Shown here: positions 1 to 10,174 of the stretch, piece by piece
Position numbering within the stretch: position 1 is the first letter of the stretch
Layout of the letters: each line of letters starts with the position of its first letter
Source of the DNA: an uncultured archaeon
GTDB lineage: Archaea > Asgardarchaeota > Lokiarchaeia > Sigyniarchaeales > SOKP01
Length of the DNA: 64,000 nt
Assembly: GCA_964388035.1 (NCBI GenBank)
Contig: CAYLZE010000006.1
Coordinates: 48,576 to 112,575, forward strand
Reading direction: 5' to 3'
Program-made: the position numbers and the translations under genes
The notes under the pieces: model-generated
Seen by the model: only the letters and a program-made list of their open reading frames with translations
Databases searched by the model: none
Told to the model about the DNA's origin: nothing

Positions 1-103
1 TTATTTTTACCACTATTCTATAGTACAAAACCTCTAACTAATGGGAGAAGTTTTTTCAAAACACGCAAATTAAAAATCATTTAGCGCATGAATAAAATGG
101 GAT

Positions 104-733
104 TTAATGAGTAAGATTAAATGGTTTTAAATCTACCAATAATAAATCTTTTTCAATTAACTTTTTATTTTCTTCAAGGAATTTGATATCTTTTTCTTTA
201 TCCCGATATTGATCTGGGAGCATTTGCGGAATTGTTTCTACAATGGGATACCAACGATTACATTCTTTACAGAAGAGTAATCCTGTTTCGATTTCCACCT
301 CTAATTTGAGCTGGTTTATAAAGAAAAGTTCGGGTAATACGCAATTAATCTCCTCCTTGGTCATGTTCCGGGAAACTTCCTTTAATTTTTCCTTGATCGT
401 TGTCTTACTCAATTCAAAACATTTTTTAGCTAATTCATTGGAAGATCTATCCTCAACATGATCAAATTCTTCAATACTTGAGAGAATTTTTTCAATATAC
501 TTGCCGAATTCCGTGAATTCTAAAATAATATTATCCTTAATGAGCGTTTTCCCGTTTTCTTCGGATATCAATATTATTTCTTTTTGATCAATAACCTTCA
601 TATCTCTATTAATAAAGGTGTCCAACATGGATTGAATTGATTCATTAGAGGTTTCATAGCTAAAAATCTTTAATTCCAAGGGGTAATATTTATCAATTGG
701 GCAAGCAAGGATGTCAAAAAGCCACGGTTTCAT
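104..733 (-). CDS. trm112: Trm112 family methyltransferase activator with a long central insertion
   Basis: N-terminal LFDILACPIDK and C-terminal EIETGLLFCKECNRWYPIVETIPQMLP are Trm112 zinc-knuckle halves; GGTGA SD upstream of ATG. Confidence 0.85.
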   Translation of the reverse strand: MKPWLFDILACPIDKYYPLELKIFSYETSNESIQSMLDTFINRDMKVIDQKEIILISEENGKTLIKDNIILEFTEFGKYIEKILSSIEEFDHVEDRSSNELAKKCFELSKTTIKEKLKEVSRNMTKEEINCVLPELFFINQLKLEVEIETGLLFCKECNRWYPIVETIPQMLPDQYRDKEKDIKFLEENKKLIEKDLLLVDLKPFNLTH

Positions 734-815
734 TTTAATTCACCAATATAAATTTTTATAAATTAAAGGTAAGAAAATATTTATACTTTTTATACCTTGA
801 TGTGATATCTTTCAA

Positions 816-2651
816 TTATTTCAAGAGATATGAACGAAGTTGTTGAATTATTCTGTCTATTGAGCGGTCGATTTTACTTCTACGCTTTTCAAAATCATCC
901 GTTAACTTTTGATATGCGACTTTGGAAGGTAGCTTTCCCTTCTTGTAACGAACTTCAAGAAGCCTGAGACTATCATTCACGGAAAGTCTTTCTGCATCGA
1001 GTAATTCGAGTCTTTGAACAATATTTGCAAATGTATCATTAATTCCTGAGAGCACTTCTTTCAGGGGTTCTGTATCTTTTTTCAGTTCTTCTATTCTTGA
1101 TTCATTTCGATCGATAGTGTTTTTAAATTTAGGTTTTGACACTCTCTTATATTTTAAATCTTCCAATAGGTTTCTATTTTCAATTAATAATGCGCTCCTT
1201 TCTTCATAAAGCAGGCAAAACTCTCTTATATCCGAAATGGGGAGGCGTTCTTCTTTGATAAAGGCAGCTTCTTCTCTCTTTCGAGTTTTAATAATGACCA
1301 CAAAAATAGAGGCAATTGCCATTAAAGTTAATATTAAGATCATGACTGGCAAGAAGAGATCAAAAAAATCCAGAGTATATGTAAATTGAATTACTTTATT
1401 CTCTTTTGGACCTAGCAAGTTTTCATTGTAAGTAATAATATCTCCGTCTATTGTATTCTCAAGCGCGTTGGGTGGGTGAGATATGTATGTAAATTGATGA
1501 GTTCCCTCGAGGACAATATTAATGGTTTGACTTCTACATAAAAAGTCAAATTTGGTGGTATAAATATTCATTCGGATGGATTCTTGGATCCAATTAAAGG
1601 TTAAGTATTTTCCAATAGGTAAATTATATTCTAAGGTAAATCTAAATCTTGAATTTATAGGAATTATGGCTCGATTTTGGGTTAAATCGATAGTTACCTC
1701 TTTTTCAGGAAAAGTATAATTATATGCTGGATTTATAGTTACTCCCTGAATTTCTCCTAATTCATCCGAAACGAAAATACTTTTAGCATCTCCGGGAATG
1801 GTAAAAGCTAAATCAGATACACTGATTTCTCCCACATTTTCGACTAAAATATCATCAGTTACTTTTATGATTCCCCAAGGATTAATATATATTTCTCTAT
1901 TCAAATCAAGAAGTTCCATTTTTGTTGTACTAGTTTCGGAAAAAGAAAGGGAGACATTCTCCTTTGAGCCTAGATTCCCTAAAAAAGGAGATAACTGCTT
2001 TTTTCCTCCACTGTAGGAACTAAAATTATAAGTATATACATTTTCGCTTGACTCAGGTTCGACAAATGTCGACGTATCGGGAATTCTGAACGAAGAAACT
2101 ATGCTTCCTTTGGCCACGTAAGGCATTATCGGAAATATATATCCCGTATAGTTTATTTGTTGAGCGGATTGTACTATTCCATAATCCAGGAGATCCTTAT
2201 ATGTTTGAAGGATATATACATTGAATTTCTCAAGAGGTAAAATAGGTTCATCAAAATATACTGAGATTAATTCAAATTGATCCACAATGATTGAATCGTA
2301 CTGATATAATAAGGAACTTCCCTCCTTTCCGAGAACTTCCAGATAAATTAAATCATCTCGGTGATTTTTTGGGATTCCAAATAAAAAGGAATCTATAGGA
2401 TTATCATTCACGTTCTGTATTTCTATTTTATCTCCAATATCCACTAAGCCATAACTGCTAAAATTTACCTCTCTTTCTATAGCTGTTATTAAAATATTGT
2501 CAGTATCTTCTAACGAAGCAGAACTTTCTGGTTTTTGAATACTTCTCCTTTCTTCATTAGTGTTATTAGAATAGGAGGGAAAATTGCTCAATATTATGAT
2601 ACAAAATAAAAAGATAACCGAAAAGTAAATCAAGAAGAGTTTTTTGCGCAT
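816..2651 (-). CDS. Ribophorin I (OST1/RPN1)-like protein
   Basis: Signal anchor; two beta-rich repeats (REVNFSSYGLVDIGDKI and REIYINPWGIIKVTDDI) resembling the ribophorin I SHWGNI motif; single TM near aa 430-455; C-terminal coiled coil. Confidence 0.75.
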   Translation of the reverse strand: MRKKLFLIYFSVIFLFCIIILSNFPSYSNNTNEERRSIQKPESSASLEDTDNILITAIEREVNFSSYGLVDIGDKIEIQNVNDNPIDSFLFGIPKNHRDDLIYLEVLGKEGSSLLYQYDSIIVDQFELISVYFDEPILPLEKFNVYILQTYKDLLDYGIVQSAQQINYTGYIFPIMPYVAKGSIVSSFRIPDTSTFVEPESSENVYTYNFSSYSGGKKQLSPFLGNLGSKENVSLSFSETSTTKMELLDLNREIYINPWGIIKVTDDILVENVGEISVSDLAFTIPGDAKSIFVSDELGEIQGVTINPAYNYTFPEKEVTIDLTQNRAIIPINSRFRFTLEYNLPIGKYLTFNWIQESIRMNIYTTKFDFLCRSQTINIVLEGTHQFTYISHPPNALENTIDGDIITYNENLLGPKENKVIQFTYTLDFFDLFLPVMILILTLMAIASIFVVIIKTRKREEAAFIKEERLPISDIREFCLLYEERSALLIENRNLLEDLKYKRVSKPKFKNTIDRNESRIEELKKDTEPLKEVLSGINDTFANIVQRLELLDAERLSVNDSLRLLEVRYKKGKLPSKVAYQKLTDDFEKRRSKIDRSIDRIIQQLRSYLLK

Positions 2652-2837
2652 GTAATCAAGGAATCTAATTTTTTTTTTCTAATTTTTCTGTTACAATTAA
2701 ATAATCTAATTTAAAAATTAATAAAAATTTATCAATATTTTAGAGGTTTTTAACTTTTTTTTCTTAAGTAACAATATTTTAATGGTTGTTTGTATTAAAG
2801 TCATAAAAGGAATATAATCATAATGTTCTGATGTAAA

Positions 2838-3062
2838 ATGTCAACTAATCGAAAAGCTTCTCGACGTAAGAGGAGACGACAAGGAAACACCCCGATGCCC
2901 ATGGGAGGCGCGGGTTTAATGAGGTTTTTTGAAGACAGTTCAATCGGAATCAAGATAGGACCCATAACAACCGTTATTTTTGCAGGAATTTTAATCATAA
3001 TCGTAATTTTAGCTCACTTGAATGTTTTCACGTGGTTATTTACGCCAGGGGCTGGAACTTAA
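2838..3062 (+). CDS. sec61b: Preprotein translocase subunit Sec61beta
   Basis: Basic N-terminus, AGLMRFFED..GIKIGP motif, C-terminal TM. Confidence 0.9.
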   Translation: MSTNRKASRRKRRRQGNTPMPMGGAGLMRFFEDSSIGIKIGPITTVIFAGILIIIVILAHLNVFTWLFTPGAGT

Positions 3063-3118
3063 AATATTTCCAAGGTTATTTTTAAAAGACGATAATTAAC
3101 GTATAGATTAGTCTACAC

Positions 3119-3415
3119 ATGGAATTATCAAACTTTCAAAAGTTAATTCGGGATCTATATTTTCAAAAAGATAAAAAGAGAGGCATCCAAGGGACTTTTA
3201 TCTGGCTTGTAGAGGAAGTGGGTGAACTTGCACATCTTCTTAAAAATAAGGAATTAGATTTAAATAATATTTCTCAGGAATTAGCAGATATTATTGCATG
3301 GACCGCCTCTATTGCTAATCTATTAAATATCGATCTTCAAAAAGCTTTTGCCGAAAAGTATCCCTTAAAGTGTTCAAAATGTGGTCAAAATCCCTGTAAT
3401 TGTCTTGAACAATAA
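3119..3415 (+). CDS. MazG-like nucleotide pyrophosphohydrolase
   Basis: WLVEEVGELA...ELADIIAW motif, C-terminal CxxC...CxC. Confidence 0.85.
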   Translation: MELSNFQKLIRDLYFQKDKKRGIQGTFIWLVEEVGELAHLLKNKELDLNNISQELADIIAWTASIANLLNIDLQKAFAEKYPLKCSKCGQNPCNCLEQ

Positions 3416-3553
3416 TATTAATGTCTCTTTCTTTTAAATTTACGCATTGAATTTGCTCCTAAAAAGTATTCTTAGGGAGTATATTAAAAAAAGAAATAAT
3501 ATAACATGCTAGTTTATTCTAGATACTTTAATTATTTATAACTCTATGGTAAC

Positions 3554-4318
3554 TTGATGAAGGAATATTTTAACAATTCTCAGCTAAAGAAAATTCATGA
3601 GGATGCAAAAGTTCATGAAAGTGCTTTTATCGATAATTTTAGTGTAATTGGTAAAGGGGTAGAAATCGAGAAAAATGTATATATTTCTTCAGGGGTTAAA
3701 ATCTATGGAAAAGCACTAATACAAGAAAATGCTTATATTGGAGAAAATTGTATAATCGGGCATCCGATTAGAGAACATCTTCAACAATTAATCAGAGAAA
3801 AAATACCCGCTCACGATTCTGAAGGAGCTTTAGTAAATATTGGGAAAAGGTGTGTAATTCGTGCTGGAACCATCCTTTATTCCGGTACATCAATAGGAAA
3901 TGATTCTCAGACCGGACATCATGTTTTAATTCGTGAAAACACGCAAATCGATGAAAAATCATTAATAGGTACAAAAACAGTAATTGATGGTAAAACGTCA
4001 ATAGCTGCCGGAGCAAACATACAAACAGGAGTCTATATCCCGTTGAATTGTAAAATTGGAGAGAACGTATTCATGGGACCTCATTCGTGCGAGACCAACG
4101 ATAAATACATGGCACGTAAAGATCAGGAGCTTAGAGGACCTGTAATCGGTGATAACGTATCTTTAGGAGCAAATTCTGTTCTCTTACCTGGAATATATTT
4201 AGCAAAGGGGACGATGGTTGGTGCAGGATCAGTTGTAACCAAGGATACTGAGGAAAATGATATAGTTCGGGGCAACCCCGCACAATTTTTACGAAAAAAG
4301 CCAAAAAACTGGAAATGA
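3554..4318 (+). CDS. Hexapeptide-repeat acyltransferase (sugar N-acetyltransferase-like)
   Basis: Left-handed beta-helix repeats, TNDKY, VGAGSVVTKD...GNPA. Confidence 0.85.
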   Translation: MMKEYFNNSQLKKIHEDAKVHESAFIDNFSVIGKGVEIEKNVYISSGVKIYGKALIQENAYIGENCIIGHPIREHLQQLIREKIPAHDSEGALVNIGKRCVIRAGTILYSGTSIGNDSQTGHHVLIRENTQIDEKSLIGTKTVIDGKTSIAAGANIQTGVYIPLNCKIGENVFMGPHSCETNDKYMARKDQELRGPVIGDNVSLGANSVLLPGIYLAKGTMVGAGSVVTKDTEENDIVRGNPAQFLRKKPKNWK

Positions 4319-4371
4319 TCTCTTTTTTCCAGTTTATTACAAATTAAGAAAATGTAGGATTTGATAAGGGG

Positions 4372-5472
4372 ATGTCATTAGAAAGAAAGAGAATTTGGAT
4401 AGATATCGAGGAACCTAAAACAGCAATAATGTTCCGTTCATTAATTGATAAAATCTCGAAGGAAAAAGCTCGTATCTTAATAACTGCGCGAGATTACGAT
4501 TCGACTTATCAAATTTTAGATGATTATAATCTAGAATATGGAAAAATAGGGAAGTATGGGGGGCCCTCCCTAGAAGATAAATTACAAGCATACATCGAGC
4601 GCATATCTCAGCTTTATCCCATTATAAAGTCATTTAATCCCAATTATTTCTTAACCTTTTCTTCGGTTGAGGGTGCACGAATCTCTTTTGGATTGAAAAT
4701 TCCTTCTATTGGATATAATGATGAACCCAGGAATGCTGCTGTGTGTAAATTGATTCTCCCACTTTTAGATAAGATATTGGTTCCAAAATGCGTACCCTTT
4801 GAAGATTATTTACAATTAGGAGCTACCAAAGATAAATTAATACAATATAATGGTATAGATGAAATTGCATGGCTTTGGAACTATTCTCCTGATTCTACTA
4901 TTCTTAATAAATTTCATCTCAAACCCAAAAAGTACATTATCTTACGAACTGAACCTTCCACTGCAAGTTATTTTTTAAATTCAATACCTCCCGAAAAAAG
5001 TTTAATTACAACCTTTTTTCCAAAGATATTTCAAAATTATCCTAATTTTAAGTATTTAATTATCGCGAGAAGCATGCAACAAGAGAATTATTTGAAAAAG
5101 GAATTAAAACCCTTTTTGGAAAATGTTATAATCACCCGTTTTTTACCTAACATGGTTGATTTATGTTATCATGCCGCATTAGTAATTAGTGGAGGGGGGA
5201 CTATTGTCAGAGAAGCTAGTCTTTTAAATACTCCTTGTATAGAATTTTTCCAAGGATATACTGCACCTCAAGAAGAATTTCTGATGGAAAATGGATTTCC
5301 AATTGAACATGTTAAAGATAGTAACTTAATCGTGTCTAGAGCTCTGGAAATTCTTTCAAAATCTGCCAATTCTCACCAGTTTCAAGAGAGCTTTCGAGAG
5401 AAAATCAAAAGATTTGAAAATCCAAACTTGATTTGTTTTAAAATCCTTAAAAAAGAACTGATAAAAACCTAA
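4372..5472 (+). CDS. DUF354 family (GT-B fold) protein
   Basis: IWIDI..PK, LITARDY, ISGGGTIVREA motifs. Confidence 0.75.
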   Translation: MSLERKRIWIDIEEPKTAIMFRSLIDKISKEKARILITARDYDSTYQILDDYNLEYGKIGKYGGPSLEDKLQAYIERISQLYPIIKSFNPNYFLTFSSVEGARISFGLKIPSIGYNDEPRNAAVCKLILPLLDKILVPKCVPFEDYLQLGATKDKLIQYNGIDEIAWLWNYSPDSTILNKFHLKPKKYIILRTEPSTASYFLNSIPPEKSLITTFFPKIFQNYPNFKYLIIARSMQQENYLKKELKPFLENVIITRFLPNMVDLCYHAALVISGGGTIVREASLLNTPCIEFFQGYTAPQEEFLMENGFPIEHVKDSNLIVSRALEILSKSANSHQFQESFREKIKRFENPNLICFKILKKELIKT

Positions 5473-5482
5473 GACATCCCGG

Positions 5483-6592
5483 TTATTGATTTAAAAAATT
5501 AGTATAAACTTGCTCCAATTTTTTCCCTACTGCTTTCCAAGTATACCGTTTAACAAATTCTTTAGAATTTCTGATGAGATCTTCTCTTTTTTCATCGTTT
5601 TTTAATATATTGATTATTCCTTGCGCTAATTTTCTTGGATCTCTTGGTCTAACAAATACAGCATTATCTTTTAGCACTTCCCTATATGCGAGTAAAGAAG
5701 AACATAGCACGGGCGTTCCGCAGGCAATTGCTTCTATGGGAGTTAATCCAAATCCTTCTCCGGCATGGGAATACGTTACAAATAAATCAGCCATAGAATA
5801 ATACCAAGGTATTTCCTCTTCCGAAACATGACCCAAAAATATGATATCTTTATATTTATTTTTCCAAGAATTATATTTTTTTTCCATGGTAAAATCAGGT
5901 AATCCCCCTATTATTAAAGTCACCTCATCAATCTCTCCTTTCACGATTTGATACGCTTGGATTAAATCTTCTACTCCTTTATATTTTGTAATACGTCCAA
6001 TATATAATAGAACTTTTCCAGGGATATCCAAAGTTTCTCTTAATTTCTTTGCTTCTTCTGGATAAGGATGAAATTTATCCTCGATAGCTGAATACAAATT
6101 ATAAATTCGGTCCTCATTTATCTGGGGATAAAAATACTTTATCTCCTTTTTGATAAAGCTAGAACAAGTAGTAATGAGAGAAGCTTTCTGTATTACATTT
6201 TTTATTAAGACTTTTTCAATAGGAATTAAGGAAAAGTCCGTTTCCAAGGGTCCGAGGTCATGAATGGTAGAGATAAACTTCGTATTACTTTTAAAAAGAA
6301 GAGGTAGGGTACCTTTTGGACCATTACAATGGATTATATCAAAGTGATTTGTTTGAATAAATTTTAAAACAGCTTGAATAAATTTGGGAACCCAAAAATA
6401 ACTTCTTTTGAGGACATTAACTTGAAGAACATTCTCTTCCAGCAATTTATGAGTCCATAGGGCGGTAATTAACTTTACATCATGACCACGAGAATTTAGA
6501 TAATTAAAAATACCCCGAAAAAACTTTGCGCTTCCATCTTGGCTGTCAGGACTAATAGTTAGAGAAACAAGCCCTATTTTCAATTTATCCAT
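5483..6592 (-). CDS. Glycosyltransferase family 4
   Basis: YIGRITKYKG and EGFGLTPIEAIACGTPV. Confidence 0.9.
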   Translation of the reverse strand: MDKLKIGLVSLTISPDSQDGSAKFFRGIFNYLNSRGHDVKLITALWTHKLLEENVLQVNVLKRSYFWVPKFIQAVLKFIQTNHFDIIHCNGPKGTLPLLFKSNTKFISTIHDLGPLETDFSLIPIEKVLIKNVIQKASLITTCSSFIKKEIKYFYPQINEDRIYNLYSAIEDKFHPYPEEAKKLRETLDIPGKVLLYIGRITKYKGVEDLIQAYQIVKGEIDEVTLIIGGLPDFTMEKKYNSWKNKYKDIIFLGHVSEEEIPWYYSMADLFVTYSHAGEGFGLTPIEAIACGTPVLCSSLLAYREVLKDNAVFVRPRDPRKLAQGIINILKNDEKREDLIRNSKEFVKRYTWKAVGKKLEQVYTNFLNQ

Positions 6593-6624
6593 GCTATTTG
6601 TAATTAAAGTTGTTATTTCTCATC

Positions 6625-7725
6625 TCATGTAAGTTGCTCATGTCCATCCTTTGTAATAAGGATAGTTTCTTCACTCTGAGAAACATACTCGCCCTTCTTT
6701 TCCGCTAAAACGAAATGAGAATTAATTTTTCCTTGTTGAAGGAGTTCCTGTAAGCCAAAAGCAACTCCCATTTGAAATTCTTCTGCTAACCATCGTTCTG
6801 CAAAAGGCAAGGTTTTATAATTCTCGTTGATAAATCCTAATATTTTTTTTGAACTTTTTCTCCTTAAGGGAACCCTTCCGGAATATGGATTTAATTCATA
6901 TATGCTGCATGTATTTGTTCTGTGAATCGAGCCCAAGCCGGTAGAAGCAAAGATTTCTACTCCAAAAATGTCTCCTTCCTCCATTAATTCTCCTCCTTGA
7001 GAACCTAATTCTGGTAAGGGTTTGTTTCCATGAACAATCCAACGCTCTATTTGATGTCCCCCTAATTCTTTTATGGGATTATATTTAAATCCCTTGACTA
7101 TTTCTTCAATTTTTTTTCCAATTTTTTGAGTATGAGCTCCGGGTTTTGCCATCATTTTTGCGGCTTCAAGAGCAACTTGCGTGGCCTGAATGATGTTTTC
7201 TAGACGTTCAGAATTATTTAAATTCACCGTAAAAGCAGTATCAACGATCCAACCTTCGATATGAACCCCCAAATCAATTTTAACAACATCTCCTTCCTCT
7301 ATAGTGAGTTCATCATCTTTTAAAGGAGAAGTATAATGAGCAGCCACGTTATTTATACTTAAATTAACGGGAAATGCAAAAAAACCCCCCAATTCTCTGA
7401 TTTTTGCTTCTGTTCGGGTAATAATATCAAGAGCCTTGATTCCTGCTTTAATTTCAGGTTTTATAAATTGTTTTACTTGTTTAGCAATTTCCCCTGCTTT
7501 CTTAAGGGATTCTACCTTTAATTTGATCTCTTCTTCATTCTCTTTGGCCTCTTTTCCCTCTTTAGATGGTTTCTTAACATCTTGGGATGGTTTTTTGATC
7601 ATTTCCTGCTTTACAGTTTTCTTTCCCCTTGCTCCAGATTTTTTCATAGTCTTTGAATCCGACATTTGGGATGGTGCATTCTTCGGTTTCTTCTTTTCTT
7701 CTTTTTCCGATTTTTTATCACTCAT
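6625..7725 (-). CDS. map: Methionine aminopeptidase type II with Lys/Glu-rich N-terminal extension
   Basis: AFPVNLSINNVAAHY, KIDLGVHIEGWIVDTAFT, GGHQI, EIFAS, LPFAERW insert, QSEET. Confidence 0.92.
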   Translation of the reverse strand: MSDKKSEKEEKKKPKNAPSQMSDSKTMKKSGARGKKTVKQEMIKKPSQDVKKPSKEGKEAKENEEEIKLKVESLKKAGEIAKQVKQFIKPEIKAGIKALDIITRTEAKIRELGGFFAFPVNLSINNVAAHYTSPLKDDELTIEEGDVVKIDLGVHIEGWIVDTAFTVNLNNSERLENIIQATQVALEAAKMMAKPGAHTQKIGKKIEEIVKGFKYNPIKELGGHQIERWIVHGNKPLPELGSQGGELMEEGDIFGVEIFASTGLGSIHRTNTCSIYELNPYSGRVPLRRKSSKKILGFINENYKTLPFAERWLAEEFQMGVAFGLQELLQQGKINSHFVLAEKKGEYVSQSEETILITKDGHEQLT

Positions 7726-7930
7726 TAACTTTTTAAATGAAAAGATTCTTATCTTTTTTTGTTTTTTATCTTATTAATTCAAGGTTATAAAGCTTTATTG
7801 AGGTAGTTATTGATTTCCTTTTAAAAGAAAGGAAAATTTAAAATAAATAGAAGATGAAAAAATATAAAAACATAGAATTTTATCTTTATTTATAAGATCA
7901 TACTACTCCTTATCATAGTTGATATGAACC

Positions 7931-8302
7931 GTGAGTGAAAACATTTCCGAGCTCTTAGAAGCCCTTAAAAATTTAGAAGCAACGAATTCAGATATTCAAG
8001 GTAGTGCAATAGTTAGCGTACAAGGCCTTCCTATTTGTTCCGTTTTGAGCCAAAATAGCAATGAGGGAATCGTATCTGCCATGAGTGCCGCAATTTTGAG
8101 TGTGTCTGAAAGAGCTGTTGAGGAATTGAAGCGCGGTCAACTTAAAAGGATCTTGATTGAAGGAAATGAAGGTCTAATTATTTTGTCCCGAGCAGGATCC
8201 AATGCAATTTTATGCACACTTGCAAAACCAAATTCTAGTCTAGGTATGGTTTTTATAAACATCCAGAGCATTAGTAAAAAAATTGCTCATTTATTGGACT
8301 AA
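7931..8302 (+). CDS. Roadblock/LC7 domain protein
   Basis: SAIVSVQGLPICS...SAMSAAILSVSERAVEEL..G.LKRILIEG pattern. Confidence 0.9.
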   Translation: MSENISELLEALKNLEATNSDIQGSAIVSVQGLPICSVLSQNSNEGIVSAMSAAILSVSERAVEELKRGQLKRILIEGNEGLIILSRAGSNAILCTLAKPNSSLGMVFINIQSISKKIAHLLD

Positions 8303-8451
8303 TTACAGTAGATTTAAATCCCGAATTTATAATTAATTGAATTTAGAAATTTATTGTTAATAAATAAGATCTTAAAATATAGATAACAAATTATGGGTTT
8401 TGCAATATTGTGGGAACAGAATCACTCCTTACGAACATGTAAATCTAAGCA

Positions 8452-10068
8452 ATGCAACTGACAAATAAATTTAATCAAATCCAATCGCGTCTTAAAGAGG
8501 AAATTAAGCGGAATTCCCTAAATTTACATGCCTTTTTTGACGAATGTAACATTCAAAGTCGGGAAGAGGCAATTCAAATCCAACTCGTGTTAAGGGAAAT
8601 ATTATTAGATTATCTAAATTCCACGGAATTTGACAAATTTAAAAGTGTTCTGCAATATCTTTCACGGGAGAATGATAAAGGGCTGATGATTTTTGCCGCT
8701 CCTTCAAATTTGAATGAATTTGTGGAGGGGATATTTTATCAAGGGTTATCACGGTATCTTGAATTAAAAGAATTTGAAAGCTTTAAAGAATTAGTATGCA
8801 TATCTGACAAGGTAAATATATTTTTAACCACTGAAAAAATACCCGATCGTTTGGAAATTTTATCTAAATTGATTGTCAATTATATCAGAAAACTGAGTGA
8901 ATCTTATCACACTGAAAGCTTGGGAGAAATAATTGAATCCATTCGATTTTTTAACCAATTTAATTTATTGACAAGAGATTTTACAGGAGTAGATATAAGT
9001 TTTATTGAAGAAACAAAAAGAGATCACGTATTTTGCTCGAATTTAAAAGACTTATTCAATACAATTACAGATCCTTTAATATATTATATAAGAATGGATT
9101 TGCCAAGAATATTCTATGATTTCTTTATTAATAATCCTAATCCTTATTTTCCCGAACCTTTAACACTAGTACATTATATTAAGGATATTTTTCTCAATCA
9201 ATATGCCATTTATGGCCTAAGCGTTAAAAATTTAGGGAATGTGGTAAAATTTTTAGAAGGGTTTGAAGAATACTTAAAGATTTTTCATCAAAATTCTGAA
9301 GGAGCAGATAAACTTATAGAATATTCTGTAGAACATAAATATAGAACTTATTCAATGTTTAACATGGAATATAAAAACACGGAATATAAAAGACATTTAT
9401 TGAATCACTTGAATTTAAAGAAAAATTTTCAAAAAATAAGGGATGAAGAAAATTACAATTTTTATTGTATATCCATGGTCATTCTTGGAGGACTAGGTCC
9501 ACAGGGCCATGGATTTACCTATTCAACTCCTAAAGGAGAGTTGATAGAAATATGTTCTGATCGAAAAGAACACGAAGCTATAATTATAAAGTACAAGCAA
9601 TTTTTAAAACAGCAATTTTTAGAGAAATTAAAAAAAGAATTAATGACTTATAACATTGGACCTTCTACAATCGAGAAAATACTCTCATTTCTCAATGATC
9701 TATTAAAAAATAAAGAATTGATAAATATTTATAAAAAAGAGCTAATCATCAATCAGCTTCATGATTTTTTATATGAAAACTTCTTGCAAGCAAAAAATAA
9801 TGAGCAAGATTATGATTCCATAATTGAGCAAATTTCAAAAACTATTACCATTATATTACGACCAATAAATTTAGTAGATCAATTTAAATGTAGAATGGAG
9901 TTAATTGCTCAAAATAAAGTTAAGTCTGAGGATATTGCAAAATTAACGAGTCTTCGTGGCAAATCGCATTATGATGTATTACGGGAAAGATTTTTTTATC
10001 AATATGTTATTTCTTGGTTCTTTCAATTATTTAAACAAAGGAGAATGAATATTTTAAATAAATTCTGA
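8452..10068 (+). CDS. Hypothetical protein (538 aa)
   Basis: Long ORF; Gly-rich motif LGGLGPQGHGFTYSTPKGELIEICSD; family not recognised. Confidence 0.7.
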   Translation: MQLTNKFNQIQSRLKEEIKRNSLNLHAFFDECNIQSREEAIQIQLVLREILLDYLNSTEFDKFKSVLQYLSRENDKGLMIFAAPSNLNEFVEGIFYQGLSRYLELKEFESFKELVCISDKVNIFLTTEKIPDRLEILSKLIVNYIRKLSESYHTESLGEIIESIRFFNQFNLLTRDFTGVDISFIEETKRDHVFCSNLKDLFNTITDPLIYYIRMDLPRIFYDFFINNPNPYFPEPLTLVHYIKDIFLNQYAIYGLSVKNLGNVVKFLEGFEEYLKIFHQNSEGADKLIEYSVEHKYRTYSMFNMEYKNTEYKRHLLNHLNLKKNFQKIRDEENYNFYCISMVILGGLGPQGHGFTYSTPKGELIEICSDRKEHEAIIIKYKQFLKQQFLEKLKKELMTYNIGPSTIEKILSFLNDLLKNKELINIYKKELIINQLHDFLYENFLQAKNNEQDYDSIIEQISKTITIILRPINLVDQFKCRMELIAQNKVKSEDIAKLTSLRGKSHYDVLRERFFYQYVISWFFQLFKQRRMNILNKF

Positions 10069-10174
10069 ACTTCTTGAAAGGATTTTTTATTTTTTTTTTC
10101 CATTCCACTTTGTCTTGAAAATTATATTGAAGCTTTCATTCTACTTATTAAAAATAGATTACTTTAGATTCTCA

